This document shows, piece after piece, positions 1 through 11,300 of a DNA stretch of 64,000 nt. The stretch is from assembly GCA_958009085.1 (NCBI GenBank), contig OY253686.1, positions 310,001 through 374,000 on the forward strand, in the 5' to 3' direction. This DNA comes from Protoeuglena noctilucae. Taxonomy: Eukaryota. A program made the position numbers and the translations under genes. Under the pieces are notes generated by a model. That model was not told the DNA's origin, did not search any database, and saw only the letters and a list, made by a program, of their open reading frames with translations. Every line of letters starts with the position of its first letter. Positions within the stretch are counted from its first letter, which is position 1.

Positions 1-1355
1 GCATGCACGCGATACTGCACAAAGCACCGGAGTTAACAAGCAGTCCCAACGGCTGCAGCCGCTCACCTCCCGCGCCCTCCGCCCCGCGCCGCTTGCATCG
101 TCCCGGCTGTCCTCGTCCCTCTCCGCACCCCGCCCTTCCCTCCCATCCAACCTCCGTCCCTCGTCCCCACCCCCCGCGCCACCCCCACCCTCGCCCCGCT
201 CCAGGTACTGCTCCGCAAACGTCCCGTCGTTCCGGAAAGCATTCATGTCTTTCGCCACCTCCAAGGCTTCCCGCGGCGCCACGCTGCCCCTCCCGCGGCC
301 CTCTCTGCGCCACTCTCCGCCCCTCTCACGCCTCTCCTCCCGCCTCTCTCCCCTCCCCTCTCCCCGTTCGTCCCCACCCCTCTCACGCCTCTCTTCCCGC
401 CCCTCCTTGTGCCCCTCCCCACCCCTCTCATCTCCCCTCCCACCATCCCCACCCCTGGCCCCGCCCTCCCGCTCCCCCCGCCTCTCCCTCCACCCCCCAT
501 ATCCAGTGCGTAACGCCGCCCCCTCCGGTCTCCGCATCTTCCCCGATCCCACCCCAGTCTTCTCCTCTGGCGCCTTTCCCTCGCGCCGCTCTCCCGCCGC
601 CCTTTTGTGCGCCATCGTCGGTGCTGCCCGCCCCTCGCCCTCCGTGATCCCCGCCATGAGCTCCTTCAGCGACCCGTACCGCTCCGCGACCACCTCCTCC
701 AGCGGCCGGCCCTCCGCAGCCGCCCGCTCCCGCGCCCGCTGCAGCGCCTTGATGCGCCAGGACCGTCCCCCGTCCCCGACCGGCGGCGCCGCAGCTGCCA
801 CCCCGTCCGGACCTCCCTGGCTGACATCCCGCTCCCGCAGACGCTGCTGTCGCGCCCGCTCCTCTTCCGCTCGGCGCCGCGCCGCGTCGATGCGCGCGTC
901 GTCGCGAGGCTGGCCCCCAAAGACCCGGTCCATCGCACCCTCGAGCAGCCAGTGCTCCTCGGAGCGACCGCCACCCGGGCCGGGCCTGTTGCCGTCATCG
1001 TTGGTACTCACAGGCGCGTCTCGAGCTTCCGGACTGGAAGGCGGGCTCGCGGGAGGCCGGCCATTGCTGCCCGAGTCTGCGAGCGGGGCGATGGGACGCT
1101 GAGGCATGTGGACAGCAGGTGAGAAACGCTTCAATCGATGGAAAGATAGCATAAGTTTCGTGCAAGCCAATCGGGCACGCATGTGGGGCAGCATCGGGAG
1201 CACACACCGTCTGCGCTCGACGAGCTGCCCTCTCCGGCAGCCTCGGCCTCGCGAGCGTGCCTCCGCTCCTTCCTCTCTTTCTTTGACTTTTTCTCTTTGC
1301 GTTCCTTCTTCTCCTTCTTGGAACGCTTCTCCTTCTTGGCCTTGTGGCTCCCCAT
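1..1355 (-). CDS. CWF19L2: CWF19-like protein 2 (spliceosome disassembly factor), 5' part; gene continues beyond window start
   Basis: Exon 1 1355-1208 (MGSHKAKKEKRSKKEKK...), intron GTGTGT...CGCAG, exon 2 1076-67 contains VGDGGRSWRIKALQRARERAAAEGRPLEEVVAERYGSL and MNAFRNDGTF, matching the CWF19L2 N-terminal motifs (GDGGxSW...VAERxGS; NxFxNDGSF). Next donor GTGAGC at 66. Confidence 0.8.
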
Positions 1356-1832
1356 GGTGCCACGCCTCACGATTTCCCCTAATCGCCGCTGGCAATGTGG
1401 GCAATTTCCGGCACAGCCTTGAGCAGGCGCGATGTCTGCGTAGTTGAGGCGGTGCGGGACGAGAGTGTTGTCAATGACAGCGCCGGGCGTGTCAGTTCAG
1501 CTGTGGCGTCGCGGCGAGGGCGCCAACTTGCTCGCCGACAGGCCCGCATGAAAGAACCCCATACGAACCTCACAAATTGTCTGCTTCAGGGCGTTGATTC
1601 CACGACCAACACGCGCGGCACGCCTTGACCTGTGCAGCTCGCCTGGTTTGCCGGGGAGCGGCCTTTTGCAAGCGACCTTTCCAGGTCGCCAGGTCGTATT
1701 GTTCACAGGATAACGAACGACCGCCCTAACGGGCGTTGCGAGGAGTCCGTGACCAGCGGGGGGGGCGAGACATCCGCGTCCCCCTTGACGGGCGGCAGAG
1801 CCCCGCGGGGGGACCGTGACCGGAGCGCGGCG

Positions 1833-4391
1833 ATGATGTTAAACACGGAGGTGACAAAGCGTAGCCAGCGTGTTGCATTTCTCGCACCCCGCCCTCTGCT
1901 AGCGGCGGGAGTTGACACTGTGAGGGCAGGACTTGCAGACCGCCACCGCGCGCCTACGGTTCACGGAGCGCGTGTGAGTCGACCGAAACCAATGTTTGTA
2001 GTTTGTCTCAATACCCTCGCAAAACGTCCTGGGTTTTGATGCGCTCGCTGGGCAGGGACAGGGATGCGTGCGTGGCGCCATGCGTCCACCCCGCAGCGAG
2101 GCGCAGCGCCTCTGTCCTTCGCAGAGCGGCAAGTCCTTTGAGGAAGAGCGAGTTCTCGCGGCCTTCGAGTCCTCTTTCAAGCGTCTCCGCGACGCCCTCG
2201 ACGTCATTCGCATCGTCGATGACACGGCGAGCGAGTGGAAGGGCGTCGGGCAGGCGCTGGGGGAGTTCCGGGAGCTTTTCCGCGCGGTATCGGAAGCGGT
2301 GACCGAGACGTCCGCGCGGAACGACGCCGTGGAGGCCAGGAACCGGGAGCTGGAGGCCGAATGCTCGGACGCTGCCGCCGTGCGCGCCGAGCGCGACAGG
2401 CGAGGACTCGCCGTCGATCTCGAGGCGCTGTGCATGCAAGTTCATCTGTTGAGTATGCGTCGTGGTTTGTTACACATGCAAGCGCCTGTTCGCCATGTCC
2501 GCAGGCTGCGCGAGGAGCTGCGTGCCGCGCGCAATGACCTGTCCTCGGCCCACCGGGACCAGGCGCTGGCGTCGGAGCAGAGTCAGGCGCGGGAAGTGCA
2601 GGCGCGGGAGGTGTCGCGGCGCCTGGCGGGCGCGGAGGCGGCGCTGGAGGCGGCGCGGTCCGACGCGGCTCGCAAACGAGCGGAGAACGCCGCCCTCTCT
2701 GAGCGGCACCGTGCGGCCCAGGAGCGCGCGGCGGAGGCCGAGCGGCGCGCGGAGACCGCGGAGGCGTCTTCCGTGCGGGAAGCGGCGCGGCGGGAGGCTG
2801 CAGACGCGGAACTGGCGGGCACCCAGCGCATGCTGGCGGACGAGCGCGCGGCGTGCGAGGTGCTGCGGGCCCGCATCGGTGCGCTGGAGCGGGACCTGGA
2901 GAGCGGAGAGCGCGAGGCGGAGGGTCTCTTGGCCGAGCTGGACGGCATGCGGGCGAGGCTGGAGGAGGTGGCGGAGGCGAGGGACGAGGCATTGCGGGGG
3001 CTGGCGGAGGCAGAGAGAGAGGGGCACAGGTGAGGGTGTGTTTGGGCGTATGTGGGTGGGTGGGTGCGGGTGTGGTTTAGGAAGGGACAGAGTTTGGGCC
3101 AGACTGGAGGTGTTGCTTGGCACGTCTTCAAACATGCTAAGAAAGACTCCAATCTCCTCTCATGGCGCGGCAGGTTGCTAGGGGACTTGCAAGACCAGGA
3201 GCGGATCAATGAGCGTCTGATGGAGGAGCGGGACCGTTACAAGGTAGAGTCTCACGTTCGGGCGGTGGAGGCGAGGGAAGAGAGGGCCAAGGGAGAGGAG
3301 CACGCGAGGAGGGTGCAGGTGAGGGCCTTGCTGACGCATCGTGCTATCCATCAGTTACATCATATGCATGTGTGCACTCGTGTTGACGCAAGTTCATTTC
3401 ACGCACCCACCCGCCCCGCCCCGCAGGAATTGCAAGACCAGCTGCGCCAGCGGGACGCGGCGCTGTCGGAGCGCAACGCGGCGATGGCGACCGCGGAGGT
3501 GGCGCGGGTGCGGGCGGAGGGCGCTTTGGAGGCTCGCGAGGCCCGGGCCGAGGAGCGGTGTAAGAAACTGGAGGGGGACCTGGGACTGGCGAACGCGCGG
3601 CTGGCGACGGCGGACCGGGAGATCCGGGACTTGGAAAGAGAGCTGGAGATGGAGAGCGCTACGAGGGTGCGGCTGGCGCAGGTGTGTGAGCAGGGTGTCT
3701 GTGTCACGTGGTGGTGCAAATGTGGGTGGGTATCTATTGCCATTACACGGGTGCAATCGATGATATTAGTGCGGGTACGAGGTGGCATCGGTGCGGTCGA
3801 CAGTGTGGGTGCTTATATCACACGCATGTCGTCACTCAACCGCACGCCCCCGCAGGAGCTGGCGGATCTGAAGGCAGCGATCGCCCAGAGCCCTGGACGG
3901 CCGCCGAGTCGCCGCGCGGCGTCCGCTGCGGGCCCCGAGGGCAGCCAAGCGAGCACGGTGGGCAACGCGGGGGCGGATGGCGCGCGGGGCGCGGTCGTCA
4001 GCCGGGAGCGGCCTCTTCGCGTGCCCCAGAGTTGGCAGGCGCTCTCCATGTCCATGCCTGCGGCCGGGGCGGTGCAGGACGCGGGTGAGCGTTCTCGGGG
4101 GCGTGGGAGCCGGTTATTTGCATGTCTGACCTCAACCAGTCGGTTGCGTGACTTGACGCGCAAACAGCAGCATGGGAGACGGACTCGCATGCACGATTTT
4201 TTCATGTTCCTTTCTCAGTGCATGTTCCTTTCTCAGTGCCATTCCACGCAGGTTCTGCGAGCGTGCATTGGGAGATCCGTGCCATGCGGGAGAAACTGGC
4301 GTTGCTCAAGATGCCGCCGCTCGCGTCAACGCCCACCGTGCGCGCGTCCCCGGGAGAGGTCATCCAGGCGGCCATCGAGAGGCGACCGTAA
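1833..4391 (+). CDS. Long coiled-coil protein of unknown function (start uncertain: 1833 via intron 1851-2124, or 2080)
   Basis: Ala/Glu/Arg heptad-rich exons joined in frame by introns 2400-2504 (GC-AG), 3030-3173, 3319-3426, 3682-3855, 4085-4251; ends ...AAIERRP-TAA at 4389-4391. Confidence 0.7.
4203..4238. repeat. 18-bp perfect tandem duplication (CATGTTCCTTTCTCAGTG x2) at the 3' end of an intron
   Basis: Read directly at 4203-4220 and 4221-4238. Confidence 0.9.
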
Positions 4392-5348
4392 TAAGACATG
4401 ATTGACATTCCAATTATTCCAATGAGTGACACAGTGATGTTGTACAGGCCATTTCAAAATACTTGACCGACACGCTCCGTCTTAGCTTCGCTCTGTGGCT
4501 GTCTTGCATGCGCTTGGTTCGGCTTCTGCTGTTCAAAACGCGCTACGATGGCGCTGAGCAAGAACAGGTTTATGTCGGAAAACTCGGGAGAAGGGAGGGA
4601 GGGGGATGTTGATGCCGGGCGCGGCTGGACCGCTGCGGGCACGCCCGGTGCAGCACGTGACGAGCTACGGGGAGCTCGGCACGCGGCAGGATGACCAAAA
4701 GCAAGCGAATACTACGTCACAAGAACAACGTTTCGTGAGAAGGCCAGAGGCGGCGGCGTGTGCCCACCTGCGGTGGTGCGCACCATGCTCGCCCCGCCCT
4801 AGGAACCCCATGGCCAAAGGCACATAGGAACAGCGTCCTAGGGGACAGAGGTACGCTAACCGAGCGCAGGGATAACATTCGCAGGAATCACAATGCATGT
4901 AGCACGCCGGGAGGGTCCGGAGCAGCGCCAGGGCCAGGGTTGCTGCGGTTGAAAACCGCACTGTCCCAGCCGCCTCCTAGTTATTACCAGTGCGGACGCC
5001 GGAAGGGCCCGGGCTGGGCAGTCAGGATGCAGCTTTGCGAAAGAGGCCGTCCGGGGACCGGGCAGGCGCAGGTGGAGCACACCTGCCCGGCCCTCTGTGG
5101 CAAATGCGCGCGCCGCCCCGCGTCGCGTTCGGTCGCGTGCCGGGGGGGGCGGCGAAAGATGTCAGGGTCGTTCGCTGAACATGCATGCACTCTGATAAGT
5201 CACAGGATTGCAGGTCACGCGGTCACGGGTCGCCTGGGAGGCCGGCGCCTTGCGAGGTGCCCCAGTCTCCATGGCCTTGCGTGGGGACGATGGAGCCTTT
5301 GAGCTCGGAAGCCAGTCATCAGGCCAGGGACGCAGCCGACGTCAGGCT

Positions 5349-8300
5349 TCAGTCCACGCGGCTCTCGAGCTGCAGGGGAAACAAGGGTGGTGCAGTGTTC
5401 CTTGCACCCCGCCTGGCACGCTGAGGTGAGACCACAGGCAACGATGACTCTGCGTTGATGCCTTGATCTCCTCCCTCTTCACCCATCAACACACCCTCTC
5501 ACACCCCCTCACCTCCTCCTTAATCTCCTCCCTCTTCACCCATCAACACACCCTCTCACACCCCCTCACCTCCTCCTTGATCTTCTCCCTCTTCGCCTTG
5601 CCCGCCGACGCCTTCTGCGCCAGGTGCGCCCGCTCGAGCTCCATGAGCAGCTTGAACCGGCGCCCCATCATGCACCGGCCGAGCATCTCGGCCAGGCCCA
5701 TCCACAGGCGCACCACCAGCGACTCGTGCTGCGCGGCCGCGTCCTGGCTGTGGATCTCCAGCATCTCCGCCAGCATGCCCTCCACGTTCATCGCGCTCGG
5801 GAGCTGCGGGGGGTGGGCGAGGACGTGCTGCGTGATACTGTGTACGGCATGTGGTGGCAAAAGAGTCACTGGGCAACGCAGAACTGCAATCTATGCCAAA
5901 CACCCCTGGGAACGCCCCCTGTGCCCCGTCGCGGCTCTCTGCCCCACCATCACCCACCCCCAACAACAACACCCCAGCCCCACCCCCGCTCGCCTGGGAG
6001 AGCAGCTTGGCGACGCGCTGCACCTCGTCCTCGGCCTGCTTGACCATGGGCCGGAGGAGCCACAGGTAGAGGGTCGTGATGATGATGGCGGTGGAGAGCA
6101 GGATGGCCTCAATCGCCACCACCATGGTCAGCGTGTTGAAGATCTTGGCACGCTGCAGGATGTTGAGCGTCCTGCGGGGGCGGGCGGGTTTCGATTGAAA
6201 GGTAAAACTTGCTCGCATTACAGAATCGTGATGACAGCACAGGTCAAAGATCATTTATGCGACATCCGTCAAAGGTAGCTACACCATGTTGCAACACATC
6301 CCGTACATGCGATGCAAATGCAATTCCTGCGTGGATGTCCCTCGACGGGCATTGCTTGGAGCGCGCTTGCTCACTTGAGGCCGTCGGCCAGCTCCTTGTT
6401 GCCCACCTCCCACACGAACTCTTGCGTCGGGCTCACGTACGTGAGGTAGTCGATGGGGTCTGCGGGCGCAGACAGCCACGACACGAGTCATACTACTGTG
6501 AATGGGCCGAGTTGGTGTGAATGAACTTGACCCAGTCAACACGCGGCCGCTTACTCACGGTCCTCAATGCCACCGGCACTGCATGCTACTGAATGCCACT
6601 GAGACACTTTGCGGGTAACACCCACCCCATGAGCACCCCCCCGCTCACCGTCGTAGATGCCGTCGTACTCGTGCCTCCACTCTGCCGCGTTGGTGAGGTA
6701 CTTGCCCATCAGAATCTGCAGCCCGTTGCTGACCGAGTCGTAGTAAGGGTCCGAGGGGGGCCGGCACAGCGACTTATCCAGGCGCAGGCACCCCTTGCCC
6801 TGGATGATCTGCACCTGCTTGGGGTCCTTCAAAACTGCGAGAGGAGACGATTTTAGAGGTGTAAGTGGGGATGGGGCACAAGTGGTGGGGCCTTGACAGC
6901 TGGGGTCACGAGAGATGGGGCCTTAGCGGGGTGTTCAGCCCTGGCAAGCGTCCATTGCTCACCTGACCCCGTCAGACCCGTGGTGCTGTTGCCCTGCAGC
7001 AGCGACGTCCACGCAATCTGCGTCGTATTGATCGTGTCGGTCAGCTGGCCACGGGCGTAGAGCATCTCTGTCTTCCACTTGAGGTTGGTCATCTGCGGAG
7101 CAGGCAAGGGGTCGGGCGAACTCACTTGAACTCGACCCACAACTCCGTGCACCACCGTTGAACCCCAAACCGTGGGTATGAAAGGACATCGTCCCTCGTG
7201 CCCCCCACTCGCCTGGTTGGCCCAGTACCGCACTTTGGCCAGCATGGACGTGAGGCTCTCAGTGGCAACCATGTCGTTCAGGGGCTGGATGGTGGAGCGG
7301 ATCTCGACGTAGGACGCCATGTGCAGGCCCAGGATGACGCCCACCAGGATGACCATGGGCGTCATCAGGATGGCGAGCTGGGGGCGGGGCGGGGGGTGGT
7401 TGTGATGGTGTAGGATAAGACGTGGCAGAGGGAATTCAGGGTTGCCAGAGAGGGCGAAGTGGTGACAGGGCGGTGAAAGAGTGAGGTAAGAGGTGGCAGA
7501 GGGGGTTCAGAGGTGACAGAGAGGGCGAAGTGGTGACAGGGTGCCAAGACAGTAGGGTAAGAGATGGCAGAAAGGGCTGGATGATGGCGAACCGGGGCGG
7601 GTGGTGACGGCTGCCGGCTCACCCTGCGCTGCGTGGCGCGGTCGATCTCAATGGACCGCTCGGGCCTGGTCCACGCCAGCAGGCTGCTGGGCTTCTTCGA
7701 CTGGAAGGCCGCCTCGTCCGCCTCGGCCGCGCGCCTCGCGTCGTCGTCCGCGGCCAGGTCCTCGCGCGTGGCCGACAGCCGCACCACCAGGTGGCGCGGG
7801 ATGGCCAGGAAGACCGTGAAGAGCAGCCGGCGCTGGTTGAGCAGCGGCATGAGGTTGAAGTAGACGGCCACGACGAAGGCGGGGACCACGAGGACGCTCT
7901 GCAGCACCGCGATGACCAGGGCCGTCTGCTGGAGGGACTTGAAGTTGGTCTTGGCGGACGTCGAGGCGCCCTGGAGCATCGTGTCCAGTGAGGGGACCAG
8001 CGAGAAGTGCGTGTTGCTGCGGGAGAGGCGGGGATGGAAGTGCGGGTGAGGAGGGAGTGCGGGTGGGTGCGAATGGGGCGGAAGGCGTGCTGCGGGTGGC
8101 GACGGGTGCATGCCGTGGCGGTGCCACTCGACTGCATCTCCGCTGCCCTCGCGTCGCCTTCCTGCTGGCAACCTCGTTCGCTGCCCCTCACCGGACCACG
8201 AAGATGAAGTTGCGGTCGGTGCCGAGGTCCACGCTCTGGGCGCGGGTCATGCGCAGCACCAGCAGCGTGTCCTGCACCCACTTCTCACTGCGGAAAAAGG

Positions 8301-11300
8301 ACGGGTGGCGACAGGGTCAAAGCGCTGCGGGCGACAGCGACCTCGTCACAATGACAGGCGAAGCGAAGAGATCACGACGACAGACTGACAACGACGGGCG
8401 ATGGCAACCGACACGCATAGCATACACCCTCGCTCACCTGAGCGACAGGAGCCCCATGCTCTCCTCGTAGTACAGTGCTGGCACCGTGTCCCTGTACCGC
8501 TCCACGACGATGCTGGGCATCTCGTAGAGGTTGTCGCGGATGCTGCTCTGGATGTGCTGCAGCTTGGTGTTGATGTACAGGGCGTGCGTGACCGTCTCGA
8601 GCGTGGTCGCGGACGACTCCATCTCCGCCGCGATCGGGGGCCACTCGGACGTGGCGCGGCCGTGCAGGGGGTCCGTGTCCCACATGTACTGGTCGTTCTC
8701 GATGTCCGCAGCCACGTACTCCGCGCTCAGCGTCGCGCCGCCCGCCGTGAACACCTCCGAAACCAGGTTCCTGCGGAGAGCGAGAACATGTGTTGCGGTG
8801 GGTGCCGCCAGGGCTGAGTGTATGGTGGCGAGGTTGTGAAGAAGGGCGTGGGCGACATGACGGCAGCCAGCGTTGCATGTGTCGCATGCCCACGCCGTGC
8901 TGCTGCATGGCGTCGCTCACTTGGACTGGAGTACGAGGGAGGTGTAGACGGCGAAGAGGATGATGTGGCAGGCGGAGGCGATGAAGACGATGAGCGGCAT
9001 GCGGCGGCGCACCGTCTCGGCAAACCGCGACACCTCGGAGTTGTCCAGCAGGCGGCGCAGGTGGCTGCGGGGAAGAGGGAGAGTCAGCGAGCGATGTCGG
9101 CCATAAACATCATTACAATCACATGAATCACGTAACATGAGAGCTGTTTACAGAGGCGCTGCAGGTGCGCTGAAGGTGGTTGCGCAATCATGCCCCATCA
9201 GGACACACTAGCGAGCATTGGGACTCCATCCCCGCTCACCGGTACTTCTTGGCCTTCTTAAGCTGCGTGTTGAGGTTGTTGGTCGACTCCATCCCCATGC
9301 CCGCCTCGTCCGCAGGCTCGTCCGCGTCCTTGGCGGCCTCCTTGGTCATCGCCTCCTTGCCAGGAGCCTCCTTCATCGACTCCTTCTTCATCGCCACCTC
9401 CTGCGGGGATGGGTGGGCACCAATGTGTTAGATGTGTTACATGTCTTACGTGGGGTCACAGGTCAGGGCCTCAGACGGTGTCATCTGGGTTTCTAACCCC
9501 GATGGCGTTACATTACAGGGGTGACAATCGTGGCTGCGGCAGACCCTCACCTTGGGCAGGGGCTTGTCGCCCGCCCTCTCAATCTCCGACTTGGTCCGCG
9601 CGTCGCCCTTGGTGCCGTCGTCGTACTTCTGCACACGAGAGGCGACGCACAAGCGATGTGATGATAAGGACGATAAGGCAGTTTCGGTTGCGTTGCACAG
9701 CGCCGCTGGTACTGTGCACCCGTCGCACAACACAGCACACATTGCCACTGTGAACTTCTGTCTACCCCAGCCACACCCGCATCAACATTCCCATCACTCA
9801 CCACGTGCGCCGCGAACCCCACGCCCTTCTTCCGCTCCTTGACCGGCGCCTTGGCGGCCGCCACGGGCGCCTGCTGCACGGGCGCCAGGTCCTCCAGGCC
9901 CGCCCCGTCGCCCCCGCCCACGAGCATCTCCAGCCGCTTCAGCCCCTCAATGGAGTTGGCCGGCTCCTCCAGGGACCCCTGCACGAGGATCTCGAACTCC
10001 TGCGAACCCGCGACGGAGCGGATGCCGCCAGAGACGCACACTGCGGGGGTTTTGGGAGGAGCAGGGTGTTACTAGTCTAAGGACCGGCGGTTGGGGGGGT
10101 GTTGTGTGTGTCAGGGGATGGTTAAGGGCATGGAAGGGTGCTTGCGACGGCATGGGCAAAAGTAAAAACGGTCCTTGCTTTGACCGTCATTGCAATGCCA
10201 TCTGTCGAACACACTGCGTCGGCTGACGCCCCATCGCCCCCCAACCCCGTCAGCTCCGCTCCTCTTGCCTTTGAACACGGAGCCGTCGCCGTGGAGTGCC
10301 TCGGAGACGATTCGGTTCTCCTTGGCCTCGATGCGGGAGACGACGTCGCCTGCCGGGAGGATGGCGGTGATGGGGACGCCCATAACAGAAGCGCTGCGCT
10401 TGCCGAACATGACCTGGGGGCGCGGAGGGAGCAGATGGGTGGGTCGCAAGTGGGAAGGGGTGGCAGGGCGCATGCAGCAAGCGGGTGGCGGAAGAGCTGG
10501 TTAGCATGTGGCGTTGCAACTGCTGGGCTGGGTGCATGCCGTCGCCCCGATTAAGCGTTCTTGACGCACATCAATAGTGCATCCTGCACAATATCGCACA
10601 TCGCCCATCGACGCACCTCGCTGGCCCTGTCGAAGGTCTTGATGGTCCCGTCGCGGCCGACGCCGACGTGGGCGTTGACCCAGTTGGCGCTCCACACGCG
10701 GACCAGGAAGCCCTCGACGCCTCCCTTGCCGTCCTGGCCCAAGACGCCCGAGTCCACGTCGCCCTGCCTGCCGAGCTCCTCCACGTTCACCTGGGCCTCC
10801 GACAGATGCTCCACGGCAAAGCGGATGGGCACGTAGTCAGGCACGGACCCCGTCTTAGACGCGCAAATGAAGGAGCCGCGGAAGGTGGCGGGGGCGTCCT
10901 CGGAGGTGCTCTTGGAGAGGCTCGTGAGGGTGTGGGCCAGGAGCTCGCGGGGCTTCACCTTGCTGTAGAGCTGCGGGGGCGGGTGCGGGGGCGGGGGCCG
11001 TCGGTTGTGGGAGAGAAGGCGAGAACCAAGAGGCAGATGAGAGCAAAAGGTACAACCCGAGTGTACTAGTACTAGTGGAGATGTAGCCCAAATACTACTA
11101 GATATATAGCGCTCATGTACTAGTGTTTCTTCTTACCTGTCCGTTCTGCACCATGGCCTGGAAAACGTCCATGTAGTCGCTCAACAGGTGGCCGCGGAGC
11201 CCAGCGGCGTCGATGCCGAAGACGTCGCCGGGGAGGGCGTTGCGTGCGAAGCCGAGGCCGCACCCAGCGCCGGCAATGACGCCCTCGCGGCTGGTGACGA

